Below, piece after piece: positions 37,704-47,686 of a stretch of DNA of 64,000 bases. The stretch comes from an uncultured delta proteobacterium (lineage in GTDB: Bacteria > Desulfobacterota > Binatia > Binatales > Binataceae): positions 32,001-96,000 of the forward strand of contig CAWCDG010000009.1 in the NCBI GenBank assembly GCA_963794325.1. Direction: 5' to 3'. The notes below the pieces were generated by a model, which made no database searches, was not told where the DNA came from, and saw only the letters and a program-made list of their open reading frames with translations. The position numbers and the translations under genes are program-made. The number at the start of each line of letters is the position of its first letter. Position 1 is the first letter of the stretch.

Positions 37704-38738
37704 TTACAAAGCATCTTCGATCTCCGGAATGCTCATGGAATCGGCGGTCAAGCCTGGATGGGCTACCTGCACGCATGCCGAGTCAGGGTCTGTTCGCTTC
37801 GCCATGATCGATCGCACAATCGAGGCTTGCGGCGCATTTTGATCGAACGTGACTGAATCGCCGGAGGGGCGAACGCCCAGATCACGCCACATCGCACCGA
37901 GGTCGGGCGTTACTGGAGTTGCTTTCATTTGGTCGTACAACTCCGTGAGGACCGGCACGCCGACGGCGTCGTCTCCAACCTTCAGAGCCCGAACCAGCGG
38001 CCACTCGTGCTCCATGTTGCCGCCAGCGCGGACAATTCCCCGCAGCGCGTCCTGGAGCCCATATCGATTGTTCGTGCGCTGATGAATCTCGACATCCGCC
38101 ATCAGGCAGAACAGCGCGCCGCCCCAATAGGTGCGGCCCCACGTGTGGGTGTTATCGAGGCCGCGATCGCCGGACGCGGGCAGTCCTTTCGGAAGGCCAT
38201 CCACCAGTTCAAGCCAGACTGTCTCCGGCGAAAGATCGCCGACTTGTGAGCGCGCGATTGGCTCGACGTAGGTGGCGATCCCTTCCTCGATCCAGTGGTG
38301 CTCGTGGGGAACCGAAGGGAACGCTAGGTGGACCATCTCATGCGTCATTACCCAGTCGTCTCGCAGGCTTGATTCAGTGGCGAACCTCGACAAGCCAACC
38401 CTGATCACCAAAGTCTCATCGACTAATACTGTCCTGCCGAAGATTACGCCCCTGCCTTCGCCGATCGGCACTACCTTTACGTCCACTTTCCGAACGGGGA
38501 AACCGCCGTAGTATTCGCTTACGGCGCATGCCGATCTTCGAACCCAGTCGAGGACCTCAGTGCGCGCCACGCCGAGCTCACCGGGATCGATTTCCACCTT
38601 GATCGAGGCGCCGCCAATCGAGAGTGACTCATTCGGAGCCGGAGTCTCAGCGGCCGCGTTCATCACGGCAGCGACGCTGAAGAAAAACAAAGCCGCGAAC
38701 ACGATTCCCACTGCGGATCTTAAGCTACTGAAATCCAT
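37704..38738 (-). CDS. secreted gluzincin-like metallopeptidase (putative)
   Basis: HEMVH plus WIEEGIATY; signal peptide. Confidence 0.7.
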   Translation of the reverse strand: MDFSSLRSAVGIVFAALFFFSVAAVMNAAAETPAPNESLSIGGASIKVEIDPGELGVARTEVLDWVRRSACAVSEYYGGFPVRKVDVKVVPIGEGRGVIFGRTVLVDETLVIRVGLSRFATESSLRDDWVMTHEMVHLAFPSVPHEHHWIEEGIATYVEPIARSQVGDLSPETVWLELVDGLPKGLPASGDRGLDNTHTWGRTYWGGALFCLMADVEIHQRTNNRYGLQDALRGIVRAGGNMEHEWPLVRALKVGDDAVGVPVLTELYDQMKATPVTPDLGAMWRDLGVRPSGDSVTFDQNAPQASIVRSIMAKRTDPDSACVQVAHPGLTADSMSIPEIEDAL

Positions 38739-38817
38739 CGTCGCCTTGTTCAAGAACGGGGCGAAGCGACTCTCGCCGCTTCGCCCCGTCTTGGAGGATT
38801 CGGCCTGCCAGCCGCCT

Positions 38818-40110
38818 CTATTGGCCCGAGAGCGACGCTGCTTCCATCGCACGGACCGTAAAAAATTCCTTATCGACCGCACCCTGATTGATGTACCAGC
38901 ATTCGTGTTCAGGAGTATGTTGCCCGGGCAGATAACACATCGTAGAGAAACCCCCTTGCGTGTCGATCCCGGCCGTGCCAACTACGAATTCCCGCTTGAA
39001 AGGATAAATCGCGATGCGCGCGTCGGGCACAGGCCGGTCACGATAAGCCAGCCAGTAGATGTGCGTGCGCCAGAGCTGGCCGCGCTGGTCGTAGGTGTCG
39101 ATGTAGGGCTCGAACCACACCTCGGAGTCCAGATACACGACCGTCTTCTGGTCGAGCGCGCCAGGGTTGTTGACGTCGCGACGCGGAGTCGCCTCGACGA
39201 TGTACATGTGGCGAGTCTCCCAGTTCTCCGGGCAGGCTGAAGCGCCGCCGTCGGTCGCACAGGTCACCTCCGGCGAATGAGCTGCGTGCACCGAGGCGAG
39301 CAACTCCTTCTCACCCAGAAATTTGTAGTCGTACTGCTCCGTCTTTGGGTTGAAGCCTGAGTAGTGATCCGGATCGTTGACCTGGGCGCCGGTTGCGGTG
39401 CTTAGAAGGGCTTCGTTCAGGCGGCGGACGCGTCGGCTGCCGGGGTTCCAGTCCCAGCTATCGTCGCCACGCTTGGGATCGGCGTAACGATAACGGATAA
39501 GTCCGGTTCCGCGTGCATCCTGTGGCGCTAGTACCGGGTAAAGCGCGAACAGCCAGAACCGGCCGGTCTTTTTGAAGTCGGGATCGACCGGCAGCGGCTC
39601 GACCTCGGTGCGACCGACCAGGTTGTAGCCCGCATAATGGCCGACTTCTATGTTGTCGATTATCTGCTGCTCCTTGCCGGGACGAATATATTCGCTCTGA
39701 CAGTCGAAAAAGCGCAGATCGTAATCGTCGCTCTGGATTGGCCGGAAGACGTTGTTCCAGATGACCTTGTTGGCAACGAAAGGATCATTCGCGTCGATCA
39801 GCGGAAAGGGCTGGCCGGCGACGTAGCCCACCATGCTGCGATGGTCCATCGTCAGACGAACCTGGGACGAGTACTTCTCGGTCGCGTCCATGTAGGGCGG
39901 TGGCCAATCGACCCGTTGAGTCGGCACGATGTTCATCTGCATCCCATGCTGAACCATGTAGTAGACGCCAGGCGAAATCAGGCTCTTGACCTTGGCAGCA
40001 TTCTCGGGCGTGATCACATCCCCCGGCTTAACCTGGGCATTCGCCATCGATGCCGCAAGAATAGACACTCCCACGCCTAGCATCGTCATCCTAAGTACTT
40101 TGCGAAGCAT
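38818..40110 (-). CDS. DUF1329 domain secreted protein
   Basis: VKPGDVIT, ATEKYS.QV, YVAGQPFP, RRVRRL. Confidence 0.8.
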   Translation of the reverse strand: MLRKVLRMTMLGVGVSILAASMANAQVKPGDVITPENAAKVKSLISPGVYYMVQHGMQMNIVPTQRVDWPPPYMDATEKYSSQVRLTMDHRSMVGYVAGQPFPLIDANDPFVANKVIWNNVFRPIQSDDYDLRFFDCQSEYIRPGKEQQIIDNIEVGHYAGYNLVGRTEVEPLPVDPDFKKTGRFWLFALYPVLAPQDARGTGLIRYRYADPKRGDDSWDWNPGSRRVRRLNEALLSTATGAQVNDPDHYSGFNPKTEQYDYKFLGEKELLASVHAAHSPEVTCATDGGASACPENWETRHMYIVEATPRRDVNNPGALDQKTVVYLDSEVWFEPYIDTYDQRGQLWRTHIYWLAYRDRPVPDARIAIYPFKREFVVGTAGIDTQGGFSTMCYLPGQHTPEHECWYINQGAVDKEFFTVRAMEAASLSGQ

Positions 40111-40178
40111 TACCCGAACCTCCTTGAAAGTGTTGGGCGTGTGGGCATCGATCTCCCCGCGCCGTGAAACCTTGTGTT

Positions 40179-40730
40179 TCAATGACTATCGTGTTGAGAG
40201 AGTAAGTGAGGATCTTCAACCAGGCCGGCCTCGTCATTAGGAGCTTCAGCCGAGCTCTTCGATTTGTTTTGTTGTAGCCATGAACTGATAACTGGCTTGA
40301 TAAGACCATCCATGCTCAGCCATCCGGCTCCCGAAAAGAACAGCCAGACGAAACTCAGCGCATAGAGCGGTTCATCGAGCTCGGCGAAGTCATCAAGGCC
40401 ACCGACATTCTTTAGCTTTACAGTCAGGATCGCGACGATCATGTTGATGATCATCGGGACCGAGACGAAGCGCATTCCCAGACCGAGAATTGTCAGCGCT
40501 CCGCCGAGGAACTCCGTGTATGCCGACAGTGCGGCGTTGAACCCGGGGTAAGGAATTCCCCATCCCTGGAACCTGGTCGTGAACGCGTCGAGGTTGTGAA
40601 TCTTGGCCCATCCGGTCTCCATGAAGAAGTAACCGACGAACAGTCGCATGAGGAGGGCGGGAATCCACCAGGCAGCCGATAGCCGATCGGAGAGTTCAGC
40701 CGCTGCCGTTACGAGCCTTTTGTAGTTCAC
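40179..40730 (-). CDS. DoxX family membrane protein (BufD-like)
   Basis: LMRLFVGYFFMETGWAKI, TEFLGG, GAGWLSMD; GGAGG upstream of GTG 40730. Confidence 0.88.
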   Translation of the reverse strand: MNYKRLVTAAAELSDRLSAAWWIPALLMRLFVGYFFMETGWAKIHNLDAFTTRFQGWGIPYPGFNAALSAYTEFLGGALTILGLGMRFVSVPMIINMIVAILTVKLKNVGGLDDFAELDEPLYALSFVWLFFSGAGWLSMDGLIKPVISSWLQQNKSKSSAEAPNDEAGLVEDPHLLSQHDSH

Positions 40731-40757
40731 TCTGCTGATGCCTCCATTCGCGCTAGT

Positions 40758-40784
40758 TAGATGCGGCATGGCGGCCGAGGTTAC
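40758..40784 (-). promoter_or_regulatory. ECF-type promoter upstream of doxX
   Basis: GTAACC-N17-TCTA. Confidence 0.65.
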
Positions 40785-40864
40785 AGACTCCTGTTCGGCA
40801 GAGATTTATCCCAACCCATAGCAGCCGGGATGAGACGTTTCATTCGGCAAAGCATCAAAGTTGT

Positions 40865-41155
40865 ATGTATCGCGCAGACAGTATCGCAGAGCTGACAGGA
40901 ACCTTCCGGGTCGAAGAGCGCACAAAGCTTCGAATCGCACCACTGCTCCAAGCTGCCTCTTCCTTCAACGTACGAGCATTCCCTCTCTCTTCGAACGTGC
41001 CGGAGCTCCCGTCGAGGATCCCTGATCAAATTATCGACTTTTACGCTTTCGTGTTTTGCCAGAGCGGGTTTCGAAACTTGGGTCTGACTTTCGAGCAGTT
41101 CCTGGCGGTCATCTCCGTCGTCAAATTTCCGGAATTGCGGCCGACAGACCGCTGA
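40865..41155 (+). CDS. hypothetical protein
   Basis: 96-aa ORF in a gene-sized gap (FYAFVFCQSGFRNLGLTFEQFL). Confidence 0.5.
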   Translation: MYRADSIAELTGTFRVEERTKLRIAPLLQAASSFNVRAFPLSSNVPELPSRIPDQIIDFYAFVFCQSGFRNLGLTFEQFLAVISVVKFPELRPTDR

Positions 41156-41162
41156 TACGTTA

Positions 41163-41835
41163 ATGATGCCTCTTCCACATCAACGCAGCCCAATCAGCGC
41201 CGGAGAAAGACCGCTTTGGTGCTGGCGGGCGGTGGCATTACGGGCTTCCTCTACGAAGTCGGAGTCTTAACCGCCCTTGACGAGCTGGCCGGCCGAGCCC
41301 TGTCGAACGACTTTGATGTCTATGTCGGGACCAGCGCCGGTGCGGTGCTGGCTGCCCTGCTCGCCAATGGTGCTCGCGCGGCGGAGATCTTCGCAGCGAT
41401 GACTCAGAACGAGGCGGGGAGTCCTTTCTACTTTGAGTCTCGCGACATCCTGGGGGTCGGCTCTGGCGGGCCGCTGCGGATGATGGGTCAGTTCGCGCGC
41501 GCGACGTTCGGAACTCTGGGACGCGCGCTTCGGGCCAAACAACGGCCTCGTTCGCACAGATGTTTGCGGACTTTCAAGAGCATCATCCGCCCGGCTTCTA
41601 TTCGACCGCAGCCCTCGAGATGACGCTCTGCGACCGATTTTCAGTGCTTGGGTACAGCCACCAGTTCGACAAGCGATCGCGGGAACTTTTTGTTACCGGG
41701 ACAGACATCGATACCGGCGAGCATCTGGTTTTCGGCGCAGGTGAGTTCGCAGATTCTCACATTTGCCGTGCGGTCGCCGCCTCATGCGCAATCCCAATTC
41801 GAAAGCATACCGGCGGCCCTATGAGATCGGTGTGA
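41163..41835 (+). pseudogene. patatin-like phospholipase, frameshifted and 3'-truncated
   Basis: LVLAGGG and GTSAG present, frame change near 41550, similarity stops at AASCAIP with no DGG motif. Confidence 0.75.
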
Positions 41836-41861
41836 AACCTTTTTCTCGCTGCGGACATCAA
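41834..41861 (+). promoter_or_regulatory. ECF-type promoter upstream of the RiPP precursor
   Basis: GAAACC-N18-TCAA. Confidence 0.6.
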
Positions 41862-41898
41862 AGCCACATACTAAACCACTCCTTAGGAGGAGAAAAAA

Positions 41899-42162
41899 AT
41901 GAACGCGAAGAATGCTCTGATCGCCAGTGCGGTGGCGATGCTGTTGGTCACCGGTGCCGTGAATGCGCGCGCCCAAGAGGGCACGGCCACCAACCAGGTG
42001 AAGTGCGTCGGTGCCAACAGCTGCAAGGGACAGTCGTCCTGCAAATCCGCCCAAAATGACTGCAAGGGCAAGAACGCCTGCAAAGGACAGGGCTTCGTCC
42101 AAACGTCCACGCAGGATTGCAAGGACAAGGGCGGTACCGTCGCACCTCCGGACGGCAAGTAG
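41899..42162 (+). CDS. bufferin-type (BufA2-like) Cys-rich RiPP precursor with Sec-pathway signal peptide
   Basis: Six Cys: KCVGANSCKGQSSCK..NDCKGKNACKGQGF..DC; AGGAGG RBS; directly upstream of DUF692. Confidence 0.85.
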   Translation: MNAKNALIASAVAMLLVTGAVNARAQEGTATNQVKCVGANSCKGQSSCKSAQNDCKGKNACKGQGFVQTSTQDCKDKGGTVAPPDGK

Positions 42163-42209
42163 ATCAACTGGGGGGACCTCGGCTTCGCCGCCGGGGTCCT
42201 GCCAAATCC

Positions 42210-43052
42210 ATGAGCTTCTTACCCCATCTAGGGCATGGCGTCGGTCTTCGGACGGTTCACTACCCGCACGTTCTGGACAAGTCGGCGGGTGCGGACTGGT
42301 TCGAAGTGATCTCGGAAAACTTCATGATTGCGGGCGGCCGGCCTCTACAGATTTTGGAGAAGGCCCGGGAGCTCGCGCCGGTAGTTCTTCACGGCGTGTC
42401 GCTCAATATCGGCGGAACCGATCCTCTAAGAGAGGACTATCTGGCCGAACTCGAATTGTTGATTCGACGGTTCGCTCCTGCGTGGGTTTCCGATCATCTT
42501 TGTTGGGGAGCAGTCGGCGGACGCTTTGCCCACGATCTCTTGCCGCTTCCTTACACTGAAGAAGCGGTAAGGCACGTCGCCGCTCGAATCCGCCACGTCC
42601 AGGACCGACTCGGACGCCGCATCCTGATGGAGAATGTTTCCAGCTACCTCACCTATTCAATTTCGTCCATGCCGGAATGGGTGTTCGTTTCCGCCGTCGC
42701 CGAGGAAGCCGATTGCGGCATCCTGTTGGACGTAAACAACATTTACGTCAACGCAATCAACCACGGCTTCTCTCCGCTGGAATATCTTTTGGGAATTCCC
42801 AGGGAGCGGGTCGGGCAGATCCACCTGGCCGGTCATAGCAGCTCGGGAGATTTGCTGATCGACACTCACGACCATCCCGTTCCGGCACCGGTATGGCGGC
42901 TCTATCGCGAGGCGGTGCGACGGTTCGGGCGGGTATCAACGCTGGTGGAATGGGACGATCAGATACCTCCTTTTGAAGTACTCCTGGCCGAAGCAAATCG
43001 CGCGCGTGAAATTGAGGGCGAAGTACTCAATGCCAGCTCCATCTCTCTATGA
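42210..43052 (+). CDS. DUF692 multinuclear non-heme iron oxidase (MNIO, BufB-like)
   Basis: GVGLR, EVISENF, HGVSL, SDHLCW, ENVSSY, DVNNIYVN, IHLAGH, IDTH, EWD. Confidence 0.95.
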   Translation: MSFLPHLGHGVGLRTVHYPHVLDKSAGADWFEVISENFMIAGGRPLQILEKARELAPVVLHGVSLNIGGTDPLREDYLAELELLIRRFAPAWVSDHLCWGAVGGRFAHDLLPLPYTEEAVRHVAARIRHVQDRLGRRILMENVSSYLTYSISSMPEWVFVSAVAEEADCGILLDVNNIYVNAINHGFSPLEYLLGIPRERVGQIHLAGHSSSGDLLIDTHDHPVPAPVWRLYREAVRRFGRVSTLVEWDDQIPPFEVLLAEANRAREIEGEVLNASSISL

Positions 43053-43815
43053 AGTCCAGCGCTTGTTCTGGGAGTCTGTAGCGGTCCAGCCCGGCCGAGA
43101 CTCAATTGCACCCGCCTTCGTGCGTCTGGTTCGCGGTCACGACGACAGCGATCGGAAAGCACGAATCGGTGTTTACGCGGAGGCTTACTTTTTGCGGCTC
43201 CGCGACGTCCTGCGAGAAGACTTCCTTCGCGTAGCCGCTCTGGTCGGCCCCGCGCAATTTGATGAAATTGTCAAAGGTTATCTTGAGGCGTTTCCTTCGA
43301 GGTGGCCGTCGGTGCGTCACCTGGGCCACGCGCTGTCTGAATTCCTCCGGCACAGAACAGACACGCCCAAGTGCCTTGCCGATCTCGCCGAACTGGAATG
43401 GGCCCGCATTGAGGTCTTTGACGCGCCCGATGCTGAATGTGCGACAATCGAGGACTTTATCTCCGTTCCGGCAGATGCCTGGCCGGCTCTGCGCTTCTCG
43501 GCGATACCCGCGATCAAAACTTTGCGCGCTCAATACCCCGTGCAGCGCCTTTGGTCTGGTGGCTCATCACTCGACGTGTCAGCGGAAGAGACCGCTCTGC
43601 GTGTCTGGCGCGCAAATGACTGCCGAGTCTTTCATGCGCCGATGGACCAAAGAGAGTCGGCGGCGCTCCGGAAGATGATATCGGGCCAACCGTTCGCGAC
43701 AATCTGTGAAACCTTCGCTGACTTGCCCGAGGATGGAGCGGCGCAAGAATCGGCGGCGCTTCTTGTACGATGGATTGAGGACGGAATCATCCATCGAATC
43801 GACCAAGCGGCGTAG
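43030..43815 (+). CDS. DUF2063 MNIO partner protein (BufC/HvfC-like)
   Basis: RIGVYAEAYFLRLRDVLREDF, DLAELEWA. Confidence 0.88.
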   Translation: MPAPSLYEVQRLFWESVAVQPGRDSIAPAFVRLVRGHDDSDRKARIGVYAEAYFLRLRDVLREDFLRVAALVGPAQFDEIVKGYLEAFPSRWPSVRHLGHALSEFLRHRTDTPKCLADLAELEWARIEVFDAPDAECATIEDFISVPADAWPALRFSAIPAIKTLRAQYPVQRLWSGGSSLDVSAEETALRVWRANDCRVFHAPMDQRESAALRKMISGQPFATICETFADLPEDGAAQESAALLVRWIEDGIIHRIDQAA

Positions 43816-43816
43816 C

Positions 43817-44104
43817 CTACGAACCACTTCCATTCTTGAGTCTACTGTCCAGGATCCTGTTGACAAGAGACTTCGGCATCATCGTTTCCGCGGAATTGTT
43901 CGGGTCGTCCGCTATCCGCTTGGCCGCGCTGATTGTCAGCTCATATCCCTTCAGATAGTCGGAGCATCGCACGCACTTCTGGCCGTGCTGCAAAAACGAT
44001 CGACGATCAACATCGCTCAATTCACCGTCTCGTAATCTACCAATCAGGCCGACGAACTGGCGGCAAGTCACTTCACGCTGCACGATTTGCTTCCCTCTCC
44101 TCAT
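43817..44104 (-). CDS. zf-HC2 zinc-finger anti-sigma factor
   Basis: C...DGEL...HGQKCVRC (HxxxCxxC); start codon uncertain. Confidence 0.8.
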   Translation of the reverse strand: MRRGKQIVQREVTCRQFVGLIGRLRDGELSDVDRRSFLQHGQKCVRCSDYLKGYELTISAAKRIADDPNNSAETMMPKSLVNRILDSRLKNGSGS

Positions 44105-45455
44105 CAGAGCCTTTCGATGGCGTCGTGCTCAGAGGACGTCTGGCAGTCACGCATGCGAAATCCTTTGCGAACCATAGATCGAGCGTCCAATCGAGGGCAA
44201 CTCGTACCTTCTTCTCTAGCCGCGGGAGCTTGAATAGGTAGATAGTGCGCCAGAGCCACCAGGCAAGAAACCCTGAGAAATTGATGCCAAAAACATTAGC
44301 CACCCCGCTGCGTCGGCCGATTGCGGCGAGCCGGCCTAACGTCGAGAACCGAAAGGATTTCTTTTTTCCTCCCAGAATGTCCGCGGCGACGTTGCGTGCA
44401 ACGCATCTGCCTTCGCGAATCGCGTGCTGAGCGGTAGGTGGATGAAATCCTCCGGTCTTGCGGTCGGGAATCGACGCGCAATCGCCCACCGCCCAGACAC
44501 CGGGAAAGTCTTTAACCTGTAGATAGTCATTAACGAGAATACGTCCCTTGCTTTTGGGGATCGGCAAAGCCGCAACGAGGGGATTCTGTGCATTCCCGGC
44601 GGCCCAAATCAGCGTGGTGGCGGGGATTGTCTTACCATCTGAGAGTTCGACCAGACCGCCGCGCACCGCAGTGACTCGCACGCGCGTGAATATCTCGACG
44701 CCGCGGGCAGCCAGCTTTCGTTGCGCATAGGCGCCGAGCTTGGCGCCTAACTCAGGCAAGATAAACTCCTCGGACGATATCAGAATCGTGCGAACAAATT
44801 CCGGTGTCAGGTTTGGATAAAAACGAATCGCGGCGCGGACGAAGTCATGGATCCCACCCAGCGTTTCGACTCCGGCAAAACCGGCCCCCACTACCACGAA
44901 CGTGAGCAGAGGCTGGCGCTCGCCGGCCGCGCACTCCGAGTTCGCTTCCTCGAGATGCGTGATCAGACGGTTCCTCAATTCGATCGCGTCGTCGAGGGTC
45001 TTGATAGTCAGCGCTGCGTCCTGGACTCCCGGTAGGCCGAAGAAGTTCGTGCTCGAACCCAGCGCGATTATCAGATGGTCGTACGGGAGTTCGTGGACGT
45101 GGCGATCGAAGCCATGGGTGACGGTAACGCATCGTCGTTCGAGATTTATCTTTTCTATATTCCCAGTGAACGTCTTTACGCGCCGGAGCAGCTTCCGAAG
45201 GGGATTGATGATGGTGTTCATTTCAAGATCGCTCGCCGCGACTTCATGCAACATCGGCGTGAATAGAAAGTAGTTATCCCGCGTCACTAGGGTGATGTTT
45301 ACGTTGTCACGGTCGCGGAGAGCGTGTTCCAGTTCAATCGCGGCGTATATGCCGCCGAATCCGCCTCCGAGTATAAGGACGCGGCAGGCGCGATCTGCGC
45401 CTGTTTCAGGCTCCGCCCCCCGGCATCCGAAGTCATGGTTTACCGCTTGGTCCAA
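44073..45455 (-). CDS. NDH-2 family NAD(P)H/FAD oxidoreductase
   Basis: GGGFGG, FTPMLHEVA, GAGFAGVE, GDCA, PPTAQHA, AWWLWR.IY. Confidence 0.9.
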   Translation of the reverse strand: MDQAVNHDFGCRGAEPETGADRACRVLILGGGFGGIYAAIELEHALRDRDNVNITLVTRDNYFLFTPMLHEVAASDLEMNTIINPLRKLLRRVKTFTGNIEKINLERRCVTVTHGFDRHVHELPYDHLIIALGSSTNFFGLPGVQDAALTIKTLDDAIELRNRLITHLEEANSECAAGERQPLLTFVVVGAGFAGVETLGGIHDFVRAAIRFYPNLTPEFVRTILISSEEFILPELGAKLGAYAQRKLAARGVEIFTRVRVTAVRGGLVELSDGKTIPATTLIWAAGNAQNPLVAALPIPKSKGRILVNDYLQVKDFPGVWAVGDCASIPDRKTGGFHPPTAQHAIREGRCVARNVAADILGGKKKSFRFSTLGRLAAIGRRSGVANVFGINFSGFLAWWLWRTIYLFKLPRLEKKVRVALDWTLDLWFAKDFACVTARRPLSTTPSKGSDEEREANRAA

Positions 45456-45505
45456 ATGATTTCTCCGCTGTGGAACCGTTGAAATTACCGGATTGTTCCA
45501 TACCT

Positions 45506-45532
45506 TAGATGCGCCTCTGGCCGCGGGGTTTC
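45506..45532 (-). promoter_or_regulatory. ECF-type promoter upstream of NDH-2/anti-sigma
   Basis: GAAACC-N17-TCTA. Confidence 0.65.
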
Positions 45533-45617
45533 ATTATTCCTGTTGGCGTACTGCCGCATCGGCACTAGAATCGATCCGGCAGACAACTCCGTGACGATAG
45601 GGCTGGAGTTCTCCTTG

Positions 45618-47576
45618 ATGGGGAAGAACGGGTTCACGACAGAAGGCTCTTCCGGCGATGCAGCGCTGCGCGAGATCGTCGAGGGCATAGAATCGGAAAC
45701 GGGCGAGCGTTTCTTCTACTCGCTCGTCAAACACCTCTCGTCCGCACTCGGTTGCGAGTACGCGTTCGTTTCCGAACTGCCGGCAGACCGTTCGCGCTTT
45801 CGGACGCGTGCCGTGTGGGGACGCGGAAGTTTCATGGAAAACTTCGAGTCTCCTCTCGATGGTACTCCGTGCGAAGCAGTTCTGAACGGCAAGGTCTCTC
45901 ATCATCCCGAACAGATCCGCCAGCTCTTCCCCGCCGACGCCGGCCTCAAGCAGTGGGGTGTCGAGAGCTATTGCGGCGTTCCCTTGCTTGATTCCGCCGG
46001 AACCGTCGTCGGCCACCTGGCGATCCTGTCTGAGCGGCCGATGTTGGACGGACCCCGCGGGCTCGCGATCATGCGAATTTTCGCGGCCCGCGCGCGCGCC
46101 GAACTAGAGCGCCTACGCACAGAGGAAGCACTGCGCCAGGTGAACGAGGCGTTGGTACGGAGCGAAGAACGCTTTCGCGACCTATTCGACGAGGCTCCGA
46201 TAGCCTACGTCCATGAAGGGCTTGACTCGCGGTTCATCGAGGCTAACCGCACGGCGATGAGGATCCTCGGCCTCAATGCCGAAGAGATCGACGGAATGAC
46301 GGGGAAGTCTTTGATGCCCGATACTCCCGAGGCCCAGCAACGCTTAGGCGAGTGGCTCGCTTCAATGGAGCGCGGCACCGCTACGACAGGCACCGTCCTC
46401 GAGATACGCCGCAAAAATGACGGTAGGCCCGCGTGGATCCAGTGCTGGTCAAGGCCAGCTCCCGACGGCAGTTACACGCGGACTATGTTCATCGATGTAA
46501 CGGACCGCGTGCTCATGGAGCGAGAGAAGGTGCGCCTCCAAGCTCAAAACACGTACCTGATTGAAGAGATCAAGGAAACGCACAACTTCGAGGAGATCGT
46601 CGGGCAGAGCCGGGCTCTCGCCGAGGTAATCGAAAAGGTAAAGCTCGTCGCGAGTACGGATTCGTCGGTCCTGATTCTGGGCGAAACCGGCACCGGAAAG
46701 GAGCTGGTGGCGCGCGCCGTGCACTCGAACAGCGAGCGCAGGAATCGGCCGCTGGTCAAGGTGAACTGCGCCGCTCTTCCTGTTGGTCTCATCGAAAGCG
46801 AGTTGTTTGGTCATGAGAAGGGAGCCTTCACCGGCGCGACCGATCGCCGTATCGGCCGGTTTGAGCTCGCGCACGGAGGGACTATCTTTCTGGACGAAAT
46901 CGGCGAGATGCCGCCGGATTTGCAGGTCAAGCTGCTGCGCGTTCTCCAGGAGCACGAGTTCGAGCGGGTCGGTGGCTCGAATCTGATCAAGGTCGACGTG
47001 CGTGTGATTGCCGCGACCAACCGCGACCTTCTGCGATCGGTTTCCGAAGGAATGTTTCGGCAGGATCTCTACTACCGCCTCAACGTCTTCCCGGTTCACC
47101 TGCCGCCGCTGCGCGATCGGCGCGAGGACATTCCGCCGCTGGTACATTACTTCGTCCGCCGCTTCAGCCTGAAAATCGGGCGCAAGATAACTCGCATCCA
47201 GCGCGAAACGATGGAGCGGCTGGTCAGCTACGCTTGGCCGGGAAATGTACGCGAGCTCGAAAACGTGATCGAGCGATCGGTAATCCTGTCGCGGGGGAGC
47301 GAACTTGAAGTCGCGCCCGGCGTCTTGGCAGAAACCGCGGCTGTTGCGCACACGCAAACCGGCAGGCCCGCGCATGAGGATAAGAACCTGTCGGTTGCTC
47401 CGCCGCAAAGCATCGATCAGGTGGAACGCAATCACATCCTCGAAGTTCTGATGCGAACCAACTGGCGAATCGAAGGAGCCGATGGAGCGGCGGCGTTGTT
47501 GAACCTCAATCCCAGCACATTGCGCAGCCGGATGAAAAAGCTCGGCGTTCAGCGGAGCACGCAAGGGGTTTCGTAG
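45618..47576 (+). CDS. sigma54-dependent activator (GAF-PAS-AAA+-HTH, FhlA-like)
   Basis: [41 protein letters not shown]-terminal HTH. Confidence 0.93.
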   Translation: MGKNGFTTEGSSGDAALREIVEGIESETGERFFYSLVKHLSSALGCEYAFVSELPADRSRFRTRAVWGRGSFMENFESPLDGTPCEAVLNGKVSHHPEQIRQLFPADAGLKQWGVESYCGVPLLDSAGTVVGHLAILSERPMLDGPRGLAIMRIFAARARAELERLRTEEALRQVNEALVRSEERFRDLFDEAPIAYVHEGLDSRFIEANRTAMRILGLNAEEIDGMTGKSLMPDTPEAQQRLGEWLASMERGTATTGTVLEIRRKNDGRPAWIQCWSRPAPDGSYTRTMFIDVTDRVLMEREKVRLQAQNTYLIEEIKETHNFEEIVGQSRALAEVIEKVKLVASTDSSVLILGETGTGKELVARAVHSNSERRNRPLVKVNCAALPVGLIESELFGHEKGAFTGATDRRIGRFELAHGGTIFLDEIGEMPPDLQVKLLRVLQEHEFERVGGSNLIKVDVRVIAATNRDLLRSVSEGMFRQDLYYRLNVFPVHLPPLRDRREDIPPLVHYFVRRFSLKIGRKITRIQRETMERLVSYAWPGNVRELENVIERSVILSRGSELEVAPGVLAETAAVAHTQTGRPAHEDKNLSVAPPQSIDQVERNHILEVLMRTNWRIEGADGAAALLNLNPSTLRSRMKKLGVQRSTQGVS

Positions 47577-47658
47577 GTCCGCGATATGTCGTGGGCGCGC
47601 TTCGCGGCTCGCGGTACCCAAAAAGCCTAAATCCCCGGAATCATTGCGATCTCGGTCG

Positions 47659-47674
47659 TGGCCTGCGCCTTGCT
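47659..47674 (+). promoter_or_regulatory. candidate sigma54 promoter
   Basis: TGGCCTGCGCCTTGCT (GG-N10-GC) just upstream of ATG 47687. Confidence 0.55.
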
Positions 47675-47686
47675 CTACCAGAGGTC

